DNA from: Candidatus Zhuqueibacterota bacterium
Lineage (GTDB): Bacteria > Zhuqueibacterota > Zhuqueibacteria > Residuimicrobiales > Krinioviventaceae
Length of the DNA: 64,000 nt
Direction: 5' to 3'
Assembly: GCA_016928775.1 (NCBI GenBank)
Contig: JAFGKD010000043.1
Coordinates: 1,834 to 65,833, forward strand
Each line of letters opens with the position of its first letter. Within the stretch, counting starts at the first letter, position 1. Positions 1 through 9,800 of the stretch are shown in pieces. The notes beneath the pieces are model-generated. The model did not search any database. It saw nothing but the letters and a program-made list of their open reading frames with translations, and was not told where the DNA came from. The translations under genes were made by a program, and so were the position numbers.

Positions 1-1818
1 AATTTCGTCACTGCCTGGATCAATCGTCAGCAGCGCAATGGAGGCATCGCTGAACGACAGCTCCTGTTTGAGAAGACCGATCCGTTCCGGCGGCAAATCC
101 GGTTTGTCTAACAAATAGGCCATAAGCGTCACGTTGATGTTAACAGCATAGTTTTTAAAATGTATCGTATTGCCCGTCGCATCTTCTATCCACACGTCAA
201 TCTGCAGATTTTCACCTTCTTTACGTTTCGCTTTGAGTGATCCGAGCAGCGTTACTTTGAGATTCGATGTATCCGGTCGAATGAGCTCCGAGCTCTCGAT
301 TAAAAAAGGATCCGAGACAGGACCAACAATAAAGTCATCTGGATTTTCCAGATCCTTTTTCTTGAACTGGAGCTGCGCTTCCGCCACATCCGCCAATCCT
401 GCTATATTAAACACCATGGCATTCAAACGACGCACGGACAAGGGCTGGCCGATGGTTAGCGCGTCAAGGGCCTCCGTGATCCCGGTGAGAAATTCCTGAG
501 ACGCCGCAGCCGGTACTGTGAGATCGGGAATGACATAAAACGTTCCCAGGATAAACACCGTATTAATCACTTCCAAACGCGCCATCACACCGGCGGCGCG
601 GGTTAAATCGACCACTTTGGCGACCTGCTCAGCATCACCACCTGAAAAACGTACCCGAACCTCTCCCAGGGGAATATTTTCACCGGAGTTGAAATCGACA
701 ACCTCAACACCTTCAACACCATCGACATCGAGAACCGCATATTTGATGGCGTTTATTGTTGCATTTCCCGAGCGCTCCAAAGCGTGTTTGGCGCGCTCGC
801 GCAATTGGTCATCCGGTTCGGCACTCTTTCCCTCGCTCGTTGGCTCTTCGTTGACAACACCATCTATACCAATGGGCGGAGTCGGCATGATGACGATGGT
901 CCCGGCGTTCACATTACCTTCCGGGCCGACTTTTTCGGCTTTTATAGCGACTGTCACGCTTTTGGGCTTGTAGCGAATTTGCAGCTCTTCGGTCGGACGC
1001 ACGTCGTCAGCCAGGGTGATGGTGCGTTCATCTTCTCCATAAGGATAATCCGTCTCGGTATCCTTTATATCAAATGGTGTGTCATTTTCGGGATCACCGC
1101 TGCGCAGCCAGATGCCTTCCAGTTCAGCAATTTTATTTTTGACGTTGATGAGTCCATCGAGTTGATAATCAAATTCAATTCGAACGGGTTCTATTTCACC
1201 CGCTTCCGTGGTCACAAAAGATCGATCACTTTCGTCGGTGACGCGAGTTTTTTCTTCAATCAGAACAGATGTCGTGCTAGCCTTTTTGCGGTAGAATGTG
1301 ACGTGCCCGATGGCATGGATATCCGGATTTCTCTCAATTCCCAGTAGCGCAACAACATTATCCAGGGCGACGCCAGTCGCCTGATCGATAAAGGCGCGAC
1401 GATACGCCTGATCCATCTGCTCATAAATTAATTTCATCTCCCGCGAGACCGCGCGAATGAGCGTTCCGACCACACTGCCTGGATTAAAGTCGGTTAATCC
1501 CGCCGGCCGTTCGCGGTAGGTATATTCTACTTCGAGTCTGGTACCTTCATCAGGGAACTCGGTTGGGTGAATCCATATAATGCGATTGTTGCTGAATCGA
1601 TAGTGCGATCCGGCCTGAAACACGGTAAAGTTGGCTCCCATGCGACCGCTGACTTGCAAAATAGCATAGGCTGTTCGCGGCAATTCGTAGGACAGGACAG
1701 AGCTTTTGAATGTAAATCGTGCGCGATCGGGCTGTTCCACGCCGTCCCGAATGCGCTCTTCAAACGCTTCGATCAAATCTTTATATTGTACAGAAAATGG
1801 ATGACCCGGATCGATCAT
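1..1818 (-). CDS. Baseplate J-like (gp6/Afp11-like) protein of the phage-tail-like cluster. 5' partial in this window: the ATG is at 1818 and the gene continues past coordinate 1.
   Basis: The minus-strand frame starting at ATG 1818 (overlapping the upstream gene's stop as ATGA) has no stop codons in the stretches checked (1-360 and the first ~46 codons from the ATG). Translated N-terminus: MIDPGHPFSVQYKDLIEAFEERIRDGVEQPDRARFTFKSS... The plus-strand ORFs here (170-499, 617-973, 784-1347) look like antisense junk. Position immediately after the gp25-like gene matches the W-then-J order of P2 and eCIS baseplates. Family assignment is by synteny, not by motifs. Confidence 0.45.
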   Translation of the reverse strand, partial: MIDPGHPFSVQYKDLIEAFEERIRDGVEQPDRARFTFKSSVLSYELPRTAYAILQVSGRMGANFTVFQAGSHYRFSNNRIIWIHPTEFPDEGTRLEVEYTYRERPAGLTDFNPGSVVGTLIRAVSREMKLIYEQMDQAYRRAFIDQATGVALDNVVALLGIERNPDIHAIGHVTFYRKKASTTSVLIEEKTRVTDESDRSFVTTEAGEIEPVRIEFDYQLDGLINVKNKIAELEGIWLRSGDPENDTPFDIKDTETDYPYGEDERTITLADDVRPTEELQIRYKPKSVTVAIKAEKVGPEGNVNAGTIVIMPTPPIGIDGVVNEEPTSEGKSAEPDDQLRERAKHALERSGNATINAIKYAVLDVDGVEGVEVVDFNSGENIPLGEVRVRFSGGDAEQVAKVVDLTRAAGVMARLEVINTVFILGTFYVIPDLTVPAAASQEFLTGITEALDALTIGQPLSVRRLNAMVFNIAGLADVAEAQLQFKKKDLENPDDFIVGPVSDPFLIESSELIRPDTSNLKVTLLGSLKAKRKEGENLQIDVWIEDATGNTIHFKNYAVNINVTLMAYLLDKPDLPPERIGLLKQELSFSDASIALLTIDPGSDEI

Positions 1819-2243
1819 AGTTCCTCCAGATTCATATCGTAAACCAGGTTTAACGGTGTCGGCTCGTTGATGAGCTGGATGTCCATGCTGAGCCGAACGA
1901 CATCGCGCTCGCCGGGGATAACCCGTGTGCGGACCTCTTTGACCTCCAGCACCCGCGAATCCCCCTCAATCGCGCTACGCGCAAACGCCATAAGCATCAC
2001 GTGCGTGCGATTGTTATTGGGCTGACCGATCAGCTCGTGCAGTCGCGAGCCGTAATTGGGCCAACCGAGGGGCGCCAATTCGCCTTTTCTGATGTGCAGG
2101 CGCAAAATCAATGCCTGGATAATATTGTCGTTGCCGCGCGCCAGATCAATATCGCCGGCCGAGTCCGGGATCAGATCAAATCCCGGGGCGCGCTCGACAA
2201 GCTTGAGGTCGTTGCCGAAAAGTTTTTGACGGTCTGTTGGCAT
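1815..2243 (-). CDS. Baseplate wedge protein, GPW/gp25-like
   Basis: 142 aa. Size and sequence character (…RGNDNIIQALILRLHIRKGELAPLGWPNYGSRLHELIG…) are typical of the gp25/GPW lysozyme-like family. It sits between the PAAR-like and J-like genes, and its stop overlaps the next start (ATGA). Confidence 0.65.
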   Translation of the reverse strand: MPTDRQKLFGNDLKLVERAPGFDLIPDSAGDIDLARGNDNIIQALILRLHIRKGELAPLGWPNYGSRLHELIGQPNNNRTHVMLMAFARSAIEGDSRVLEVKEVRTRVIPGERDVVRLSMDIQLINEPTPLNLVYDMNLEEL

Positions 2244-2288
2244 AATACCATTGATATAAGTTAGCTAATACAATTCATTAAGATTATT

Positions 2289-2783
2289 TCATTCTGAACA
2301 AAATACAAAATCCTGATTTTCCACGGTTACAGTCGAATTCATCGGCTCGCCTAAACCGTCACACGTATCTATTTTATCTCCATCCAATAAGACGGATGCA
2401 CCACCAACCTTCACAAATGAACTACCAGATGTCGAACTGGGATTACCTTCGCCGATTGTGTCAGAGATACTAAGTGATAGTGGAATTGGCGCCGGAGTAA
2501 TCGGTAAAAAGTTGCTACCCATAGGTCCGGAATGTTTACCGGTTGGGAAAACGTCTTCTCCTGGATTTAGTGTGCTTTTACTATTTTTCAATGCTATTGG
2601 CTTTCCGTCAATATGTGCAAAATCTGATAATTGATCAGTCATCTTGCCTACGTAATCAAAATCACCGACTCCAGCATAAGGTATAGTGGGCGGAGGAGCA
2701 CTCGGGTTTGTCGCATCTCCTTCGACATTATGCTTATCGACTCCCTCCACCTTGTCATTTTGAACGACAATCAGTTTTGCCAT
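2289..2783 (-). CDS. PAAR-like spike-tip protein (putative)
   Basis: 164 aa, Gly/Pro/Ser-rich. It lies directly downstream of the gpV-like spike gene, as Afp10/Pvc10 does in eCIS loci. The N-terminal segment (LIVVQNDKVEGVDKHNVEGD) and C-terminal segment (VGGASVLLDGDKIDTCDG) resemble PAAR-like beta-wedge repeats. Confidence 0.4.
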   Translation of the reverse strand: MAKLIVVQNDKVEGVDKHNVEGDATNPSAPPPTIPYAGVGDFDYVGKMTDQLSDFAHIDGKPIALKNSKSTLNPGEDVFPTGKHSGPMGSNFLPITPAPIPLSLSISDTIGEGNPSSTSGSSFVKVGGASVLLDGDKIDTCDGLGEPMNSTVTVENQDFVFCSE

Positions 2784-2788
2784 ATCGA

Positions 2789-3457
2789 TTACGCTTTATT
2801 AAAGTCTATTGTATCGCCTTTGATTATTACTGGTTGCCCAGATGCATCAATCGTAAAAGGTACTTTTGCATGAATATTAAAAGCTTCTTTATTCATTTCG
2901 ATTGAATTTTCATTTGAATCGACAATCTTTATCATTTCGGCTGTTATTTGAATTTGTGCCTCGCCCATTTTAACTTCGATGTTGCCGCTCTCGCCATCAA
3001 TTTTAAAGGATGTTTTTGCTTCGCTGTTATCTTCCGGTTTCGTCACATCGCGCTGCAGGTAGATAGTGCCATCGTTCATAAAACGAAAATGATTCAACGT
3101 GCCGTCTGGAACGCGCTGTTCAAATAAAATCTCGTCTTCGTGAAACAGCGGCGGTCGGTCATCCGCGTGGTAAAAACGACCGGAGATGACCGGCTGATTG
3201 AGATCACCGTTGACAAAATGCACCAGCACCAAATCGTTCACTCGCGGCGGTGCGACGATGCCGATATGCCCCACAGCCACCGGGACTTTGAGCAGCTCCA
3301 GATCTTCGTGCTTGAGCTTGACGTTAACTTCATAGTTATACTCGTCATCCTCGGCCTCGTGGGCAAAGATAGCCGTCACCACGCCGAGCAGCGTTGTTCG
3401 CTGACGCGCCAGCTCCTGTCGCACCAGGTGACGGATAATGTCGAGCAGTCGACTCAT
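2789..3457 (-). CDS. Baseplate assembly protein V / gp5-like central spike (OB-fold N-domain)
   Basis: 222 aa. The N-terminus (LLGVVTAIFAHEAEDDEYNYEVNVKLKHEDLELLKVPVAVGHIGIV…LVLVHFVNGDLNQPVI) matches the phage gpV / gp5 N-terminal OB-fold family. It overlaps the upstream hub gene by 4 nt. Confidence 0.65.
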   Translation of the reverse strand: MSRLLDIIRHLVRQELARQRTTLLGVVTAIFAHEAEDDEYNYEVNVKLKHEDLELLKVPVAVGHIGIVAPPRVNDLVLVHFVNGDLNQPVISGRFYHADDRPPLFHEDEILFEQRVPDGTLNHFRFMNDGTIYLQRDVTKPEDNSEAKTSFKIDGESGNIEVKMGEAQIQITAEMIKIVDSNENSIEMNKEAFNIHAKVPFTIDASGQPVIIKGDTIDFNKA

Positions 3458-4491
3458 TCGTTTACATCCAGCGAGATTCGCACATCGGTGACAAAACCAA
3501 TTCCTTCGCCAAATCGATGTCGGATCGCTCGCACGTAGCCGCTGCCGTCGATCAGGTCGTCGGGCACGTCACTCGAGCTGATCGAGTCGCCGAGATCGAT
3601 TTGGGCTTGACCCAGTACGGTGATGGATATCTCGTGCGCGTTTCGTTTGTGGGTTGCCAACAAGCCGGCGGCAAAACGATCGGCCAGGTCTTTGGTGCGC
3701 GCTGCCGGATCGCGCACCAGGATTTGGGGCGATCCGTCGCCTGCTTCACCGCGATAATCCGAATCATTGATGGTGAGCCAGTGCGATGTCGTATCGCCTT
3801 TTCCCGACATCGGGCTTTCACCACCGACGTCAATTTTGCGCCAAGCGACCGGTTGTCGATCCGCCGCCGCCTGTAAAAGATGTTGCTTGTAGACAAAGCT
3901 CAATCCGGCTCCGCCCAGGGCGCCAGCGACAGCACTTCCCAGGCCACCGAGACTGTCCAGACCGGCGGCGGGGCCGAGCGGGTGAAACATGATATTGCCG
4001 TTGCGATCTGTATACAACTCGTAGCCCAGCCGATCCGCCAAACTCCTGAGATGTTCATAAGCGCTGATTCTGTTATCCACATAATAACGTGGAAATGTGA
4101 CGCCATTTTCGACCGTTCCTGCGGTCGCCCCCGCTTCATTGATCAGATGATGTGCGATGTCTCCGGCACTCTGGTTTTCAAAAGTCGCCGAGGTTCTGAG
4201 ATTGAGCAAAACGTTCATGTGACCCAACGCCTGAATCTCCACCGCTGCTATAGCCGGTTTGAGCGCAACAACATTGCCGGTGAAAACAACCTCCTCATTG
4301 CCGTCGTATCCCAGCTTTGCACTCACGGCATTATCCAGCGCGATACCCGATCGCTCCATAAGCTGAAGGCGTAAAACATCGGCGGGGATGTCCATGTCGC
4401 GCTCGATCACAAGGTTTTTTATGCCGGCCACAGGATTGTCTGTACTGGTTAAAAGGCTGCCGATCTCCAATGTTAAAGTTGGCTTTACCAT
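3454..4491 (-). CDS. Phage late-control gene D (gpD)-like baseplate hub (gp27-like)
   Basis: 345 aa, gpD/VgrG-N-like in size and composition. It immediately precedes the gpV-like spike, as in P2 where D and V form the hub-spike pair. It directly abuts the Rhs gene (stop at 4492, start at 4491). Confidence 0.6.
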   Translation of the reverse strand: MVKPTLTLEIGSLLTSTDNPVAGIKNLVIERDMDIPADVLRLQLMERSGIALDNAVSAKLGYDGNEEVVFTGNVVALKPAIAAVEIQALGHMNVLLNLRTSATFENQSAGDIAHHLINEAGATAGTVENGVTFPRYYVDNRISAYEHLRSLADRLGYELYTDRNGNIMFHPLGPAAGLDSLGGLGSAVAGALGGAGLSFVYKQHLLQAAADRQPVAWRKIDVGGESPMSGKGDTTSHWLTINDSDYRGEAGDGSPQILVRDPAARTKDLADRFAAGLLATHKRNAHEISITVLGQAQIDLGDSISSSDVPDDLIDGSGYVRAIRHRFGEGIGFVTDVRISLDVNE

Positions 4492-6810
4492 TTAAATGCC
4501 TCCGTGGGCGCGGGCGTCTTGTTCCAGCCAGGCATTATAATATCCATTAAAAATGACGTCCCATATATAAACGCCCCAAATCGGCAGACCAAATAAAAAG
4601 AACGGCCCGAACCAGCCATACTGATTGGTATGCCGGAGCTCATGTTCGTATAATGCCTTGTTTCTGGGGATGGACACTCTGCCGCCATAAGATGATGGCG
4701 ATACACTGCCCGAACCGGATAAATAGGCATTGCTCCTCCAATCGCCGTTTACAAAAAATACATTGCCAAAAGTAATTCCGGCAAAAAAGGGCAACGAGCC
4801 AAACCATCCTCCTTCAAAGACCAATGCAAAGGCATTCAACCGGCCCGACGCCGCGACATCAAATCCGGGCGTCGCCCATGACACATTGCCAAAGGTGACG
4901 AGCCAGACGAGCCAGCGTATCACTTCGCCAACAAGGCAGGTAATCTCAATGATGAGCCCGATGAGCGTATTGGGCAGCGTCCAGATGGCGCCGAGAATCG
5001 ACAGCAACACACCGCCAAACGACCAGTGGCCGTTGGGATCAACGTTATTCACCGGATCGTTTGAACAAAAAGCATAGCGGTTTTGTACGCGCGGTTGTCG
5101 TTGCCAATCGGTCAAAATATGGGCGCGCGCGGCCGCCTGCCGGCTCGCTGGACCAAAGGGATTGACGATACGGATGTCATCCGGACGGCCGGTGTAAGAA
5201 TCCGGTGTGAGGAAACGGCCGTGAATCGGATCATACCAGCGGGCGCCAAAATCGTACAGCATGAGCTCCGGGTGCCAAAATCGACCTTTGTAAATGGGTG
5301 CAAAATCACTTGTAGACAACGAGGGAACACCAAATGGCGAGTAGGTGAATTCGGCAACCGTCTTTCCCGATGTATCAGTCACGAGGTAGCACGAGCCATG
5401 TTCATCCTGGTGCCGAAAAAAGAGCACTCCCGAATCCACTGAACCGTGGATTTCGCCCAACAGTCCCAACGGAGTGCGGATGTAGAGGCGCAACGGTTCA
5501 CCAAACTCATTGGTGACGGCCAATAACTCATCCGCCGGCCCATATAAATAACGTTCTGTCCGGTGCGGATAGTGCGCTAACACCAGGCGGCCCTTGTGGT
5601 CGTACAGAAATTTGCCAATAATCTCGCCATTTTTGGATGCCCGCACAAGCTGACCGGCATCGTCGTAGCGATATGTCCAGCACTCGACACCGCGCTTGAT
5701 CCTAACGGGCTGGCCGTGCCCATTGTAATCAATGGTGACGTGTACACCATCGTCGCCTTGAATCTGCAACAGTTGATTTTTTACATCATATTTATATCGA
5801 TACGCGCCAGTCGCGTCCGTTGCGCTGGTTCTATTGTCCACAGCATCATAGCTGAACGACCAGTGCGACTGCTGCTGTTGTTCATGAACATCGACCAAAC
5901 GACCCAAAATGTCATAGTTGTAATCGCAGAGACCATCATTGATGATCTGGCCAATGGCGTTGTATGTGTAGTGGCGTTGAAACAGGATATGATTGTTCTT
6001 GTTTTTCACCTGGCGAGCAACCGTGCGACGATCTATGGGATCGGCGCTGCTTTCTTCAACAATATGGTTTGCCAAATGAACGCGCGATTTCTTTTGCTTC
6101 TCAAGGTACTCGTACTGCGCAATTGGGGTATTTTTTATCACTACGGTTTGCGGACGGCCTTTTTCATCCCATTGATACTGCACCGGCGCGGAACTGCCGG
6201 GCAGAAACATATTTTTCAATCGACCCGCATCATCATATTCGAGCGTGAGTCTTATGGTTAAACCCATGATCGACTGCGAGATCTTATTGACGCGACCCTC
6301 AGCATCGTATTCCTGCTTTGTATAGACCTCGGGTGTTCTGGCCACCACGATGCGTCCATGCTCGTCGTAGCGATACACCGAGGCGCCGCTGTTGCCGATG
6401 CGAGCTGTGGTCAATCGTCCCTTTGGATCAAAATCAAAGTGACTGATCACACCGCGGTCGTTTATCTGGCAAAGCCGGTCATTTTCTCCATACGTATAGC
6501 ACGTTCTTGTTTTGTCCGGATGGTGAACCTCAATCAGGCGGCGCTGTTCATCATATTCAAAACTGGTTTGGCAGCCATTGGGATCACATATTTGACTCAC
6601 ATCGCCCCGTTGGCTGTACGCATAGCGGAACGTACCCCCGCCGGTCTCGGCAACCTCTTTCACAAGACCGCAATCATAACACACTTGCCGGCATTTTTGC
6701 TGGTGGTTCATCCAGGACTCGATGCGATCGAGCGCTTCCGTTTGCGCCTGGTTTGCAGTCGCTATTTTTTCTGAAAAACTATTGTACTTTTTTGTTTCCA
6801 GCCTGTGCAT
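4492..6810 (-). CDS. Rhs/YD-repeat protein with RHS repeat-associated core and a C-terminal variable hydrophobic HExxH domain. Putative cargo/effector of the contractile system.
   Basis: Numerous YD repeats (YRYDEHGRIV, EYDAEGRV, YDDAGRL, YRYDDAGQL, YDHKGRL…). The canonical core end is present (…YDPIHGRFLTPDS…NRYAFCSNDPVNNVDPNGH). The ~190-aa C-terminal tail is rich in predicted TM/hydrophobic segments and contains HELRH (an HExxH motif). Confidence 0.8.
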   Translation of the reverse strand: MHRLETKKYNSFSEKIATANQAQTEALDRIESWMNHQQKCRQVCYDCGLVKEVAETGGGTFRYAYSQRGDVSQICDPNGCQTSFEYDEQRRLIEVHHPDKTRTCYTYGENDRLCQINDRGVISHFDFDPKGRLTTARIGNSGASVYRYDEHGRIVVARTPEVYTKQEYDAEGRVNKISQSIMGLTIRLTLEYDDAGRLKNMFLPGSSAPVQYQWDEKGRPQTVVIKNTPIAQYEYLEKQKKSRVHLANHIVEESSADPIDRRTVARQVKNKNNHILFQRHYTYNAIGQIINDGLCDYNYDILGRLVDVHEQQQQSHWSFSYDAVDNRTSATDATGAYRYKYDVKNQLLQIQGDDGVHVTIDYNGHGQPVRIKRGVECWTYRYDDAGQLVRASKNGEIIGKFLYDHKGRLVLAHYPHRTERYLYGPADELLAVTNEFGEPLRLYIRTPLGLLGEIHGSVDSGVLFFRHQDEHGSCYLVTDTSGKTVAEFTYSPFGVPSLSTSDFAPIYKGRFWHPELMLYDFGARWYDPIHGRFLTPDSYTGRPDDIRIVNPFGPASRQAAARAHILTDWQRQPRVQNRYAFCSNDPVNNVDPNGHWSFGGVLLSILGAIWTLPNTLIGLIIEITCLVGEVIRWLVWLVTFGNVSWATPGFDVAASGRLNAFALVFEGGWFGSLPFFAGITFGNVFFVNGDWRSNAYLSGSGSVSPSSYGGRVSIPRNKALYEHELRHTNQYGWFGPFFLFGLPIWGVYIWDVIFNGYYNAWLEQDARAHGGI

Positions 6811-6851
6811 TATTGCGCCTGAATTTTTTCGTAAGCATTCAACTCAAACCA

Positions 6852-9800
6852 TTAGACCGGAATCGCGGCGAGCATGGCGTCAAAGGCATTGCGCACGCGA
6901 TCCAGTTCTTTATCAAAACTCACGGCCAGGTTATCGAGCACGCGATTCAATCGTTCCAAAAGCTCGACAAAGACCAGATTTTCAAATTTATCCAAAATGC
7001 CTTTAAGGCTGTCGAATGCATTGGCAATGGTTGTTTTCAAGCTGTCAATTATCGTTTGAATTTCAGCTCGAATAGTCCTGAACGTTTCATCAATCACGTC
7101 TACGATATCAGCAAGGATATCCTTGATGCTTTGAGAGACAGCGGTGACTGCTTTATCAAAGACCTCATCGATTTTAATTTTAATCTGCGTCGGATTTAGC
7201 TCTTCAAGCGGCGCGGTCAAGGGATCATAAAAATTGGTTTTGAGTGAATTGGCCAATTCCTCGGGATCGAGTATTCGCACCTTGTCGCGAATCGTCTGGT
7301 AGATATCGGCCACCGCATCGTTGAGCGAGAGCGGATTGATGAGCATGATGATCTCGCGGATGTTCGCCAGGAAGCCGTTCATCGCCGGCTCCAGAACCTC
7401 TTCCATGGGCTTGAGTTGCTGAAGAAACCGTTCCAGGGCCTGTTCAATCCGCACAGCCTTGGCAGTGGGCCGCATTGAATAGAAACCGGACAAAATCTCC
7501 TGATATGACAAGGGTGTCGGGTGCCACAGAAAATCGGGTAACATACGATCCAGGTTATCCCGCAGCGAACTGTAGGCTTCTCCTACAGCAGAGATATCCA
7601 GATCATTAATCTTTAAACGAAGGGAATCCAAAAGTTGATTGTGCGTCTCGATCAATTGATGAAAAGGGCTGTCGGGCAAGGCTGGATCAATGAGCTGAAA
7701 AGTATTGTCAAAGGCTGCCAGGGTTGTTGCGATGTTTTCCTGAACCTCCGGCGGCGCATCTGCCACTTTGTTTTCAAATGACATCTTGATGCCGGGCAAA
7801 TGAGCCGGCAAACCCAGGAGTGCCGTTGGGATCAGCTCAACGAGTCGACTCTGACCATTGCGAAAATGATTGATAATGGCTTGTGGATCGAGCAATTGCA
7901 ATCCCACACCAATGGTCTCGCGAATGCTGTTTATCGTGTCGGTCAGCACTCCCTGATCCACAGACTCGATCATATCGAGTAATCGGTTATAAAGGCTATC
8001 CAGGGGTTGAAAAACTTTCGCTATATTGATTTGTGTCCTGAATTCGACGCTCAGATTTTTCAACTCAGTGTCAGGATCGCCGAAAATAGCGTCCGTCAGA
8101 CTCTCTAAAAAAGGACGCAATTCATTGTAAAAAGTATCGAGCGGGTCAGGCAAGTTTAAATTAGTCAACGAATCAAGAATCTTGCTGCGAATATCGGCGA
8201 ACAAGGCTTTTTGCCGGACGTCGAGTTCATTGAGAACCGGCGTTATATCGACATAGGAGATGAGCTGATCAATTTTTTCATACAAAGCGTTCAAAGGCGT
8301 CACCCATAAATCCGGACCCAGTCGATTCACATGCTGCATCATTGAATCATAGGGTGCCTGCAATGGATCTAAAATGTGTCCCGGTGAAATGGAGGTCAGA
8401 GATTGGGTGAATTGATCCACCTGTCCCTCGAGTGGTTTTAGCAGAACCGTACCGTTCAATTTTTGTACCAATTGCGCGACGTGGTCTAGCAGGTCCGTGA
8501 CGGGCTTGAACAGTTCATCAGAATCCAAAAAGCCGATTTTTTCCAGCATCCGTTCCAGGACAGCAGTGATTTTATTTAAAATCGCTTTCATTTCTTCGGT
8601 CAATGTACTAAACGCCGATTTCAGTGCGTTGATCACTTTGGATTCGAGCTCCAGCTCCTGTAAAAAAGCGAGCGCCGCCTTGATGGCCAGTTTTTCGGCA
8701 GAAGAGAGAGCATTGGGATTAATCTCTTGTAATCGTCCCTTCAGCTCGTCGATCTCTTCAATCACCTCATCACTCAATGGCTTGAAGCTCAATTGGTCTA
8801 ATTGTGAGATAAATGAGGTGAATGTATCCATGTAGCCGGCAAGTGTTGTTTCGATTTGATCGATCAAGGTGCTAAGATCAGCAATGAGGTCGGTTAATTC
8901 GCTTGAAATGCCAGCAATCGGTAAGTTTTGTACGGTGCTCAATACCTGATTGACCGTGCTTCCGACGTTATTCTTTAATGTTTCATTTATATTGTCGGTG
9001 ATAAATGTTTCAATACTTGTAAAGGCGTCTTTGATGTCGTCACCAATTTGTTCGATGCCTAATGAATCCAGTTCCTGTTTCACCCGGGTCAACATCTCTT
9101 CCACTGTTTGTTGAACCGCCTCGGTCGGTACGGATTCAATGGCTTGCCGAATCTGAGTGAGAAAATCCAGCAGACTGGAGCGAATTTGTCCGAGGGCAGA
9201 ATTCTTGAACGAATCAAGCATGGTCTGGCTCAGGCGTTCGATGCGTTGGGTAATATCGTCAACGCCAAACATCATGTAAAACTTGCTCAACAGGTCTTCC
9301 AGCATGCTGACCATATTATCAATGATTTGATCGATCGAGAACAGCCTGCCCGGATCAATGGCTTGCAGCAATGATTGATATGTGGAAAAAATGGTGCTCC
9401 AGGGATGCGTTCCGATTAAACTCTGAAGTTGTGAATAGAGTGAATTCAGCGCACTCGATACGGATTGAATAGCGGTTTCCACTTCACTCAGACGAGTTTG
9501 AATGGCCGTATAACCGTTGATATCAGCCGGATCAAGGGATTCGATATCGGTTAAAAGTCCGGTTATTGCGCTGACGATGGCCTGCCGTGCGGGATCGAGA
9601 GCAGTAGCGAGGGATTCGGGCGATAAAGGTACCAATACGGCGTATGAAGAGTTGACGTGGTCGAGTGATTCGGTCAATAGATCCGGCGCAACGCCCAAAA
9701 GATTATCGGTGAGAAACGGCAGAAATTCATCCTGGTGTCCGGAAAAATCAGCGACAAAATTATCTATCAACGCAAGGGCGTTCTTGATTTGTTCGATAAT

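Noticed and set aside
170-1347. Plus-strand ORFs 170-499, 617-973 and 784-1347 (109-187 aa)
   Set aside because: They are antisense to a long, stop-free minus-strand frame that starts at ATG 1818 and continues past coordinate 1 (the J-like baseplate gene). Their translations are junk-like and carry no motifs.
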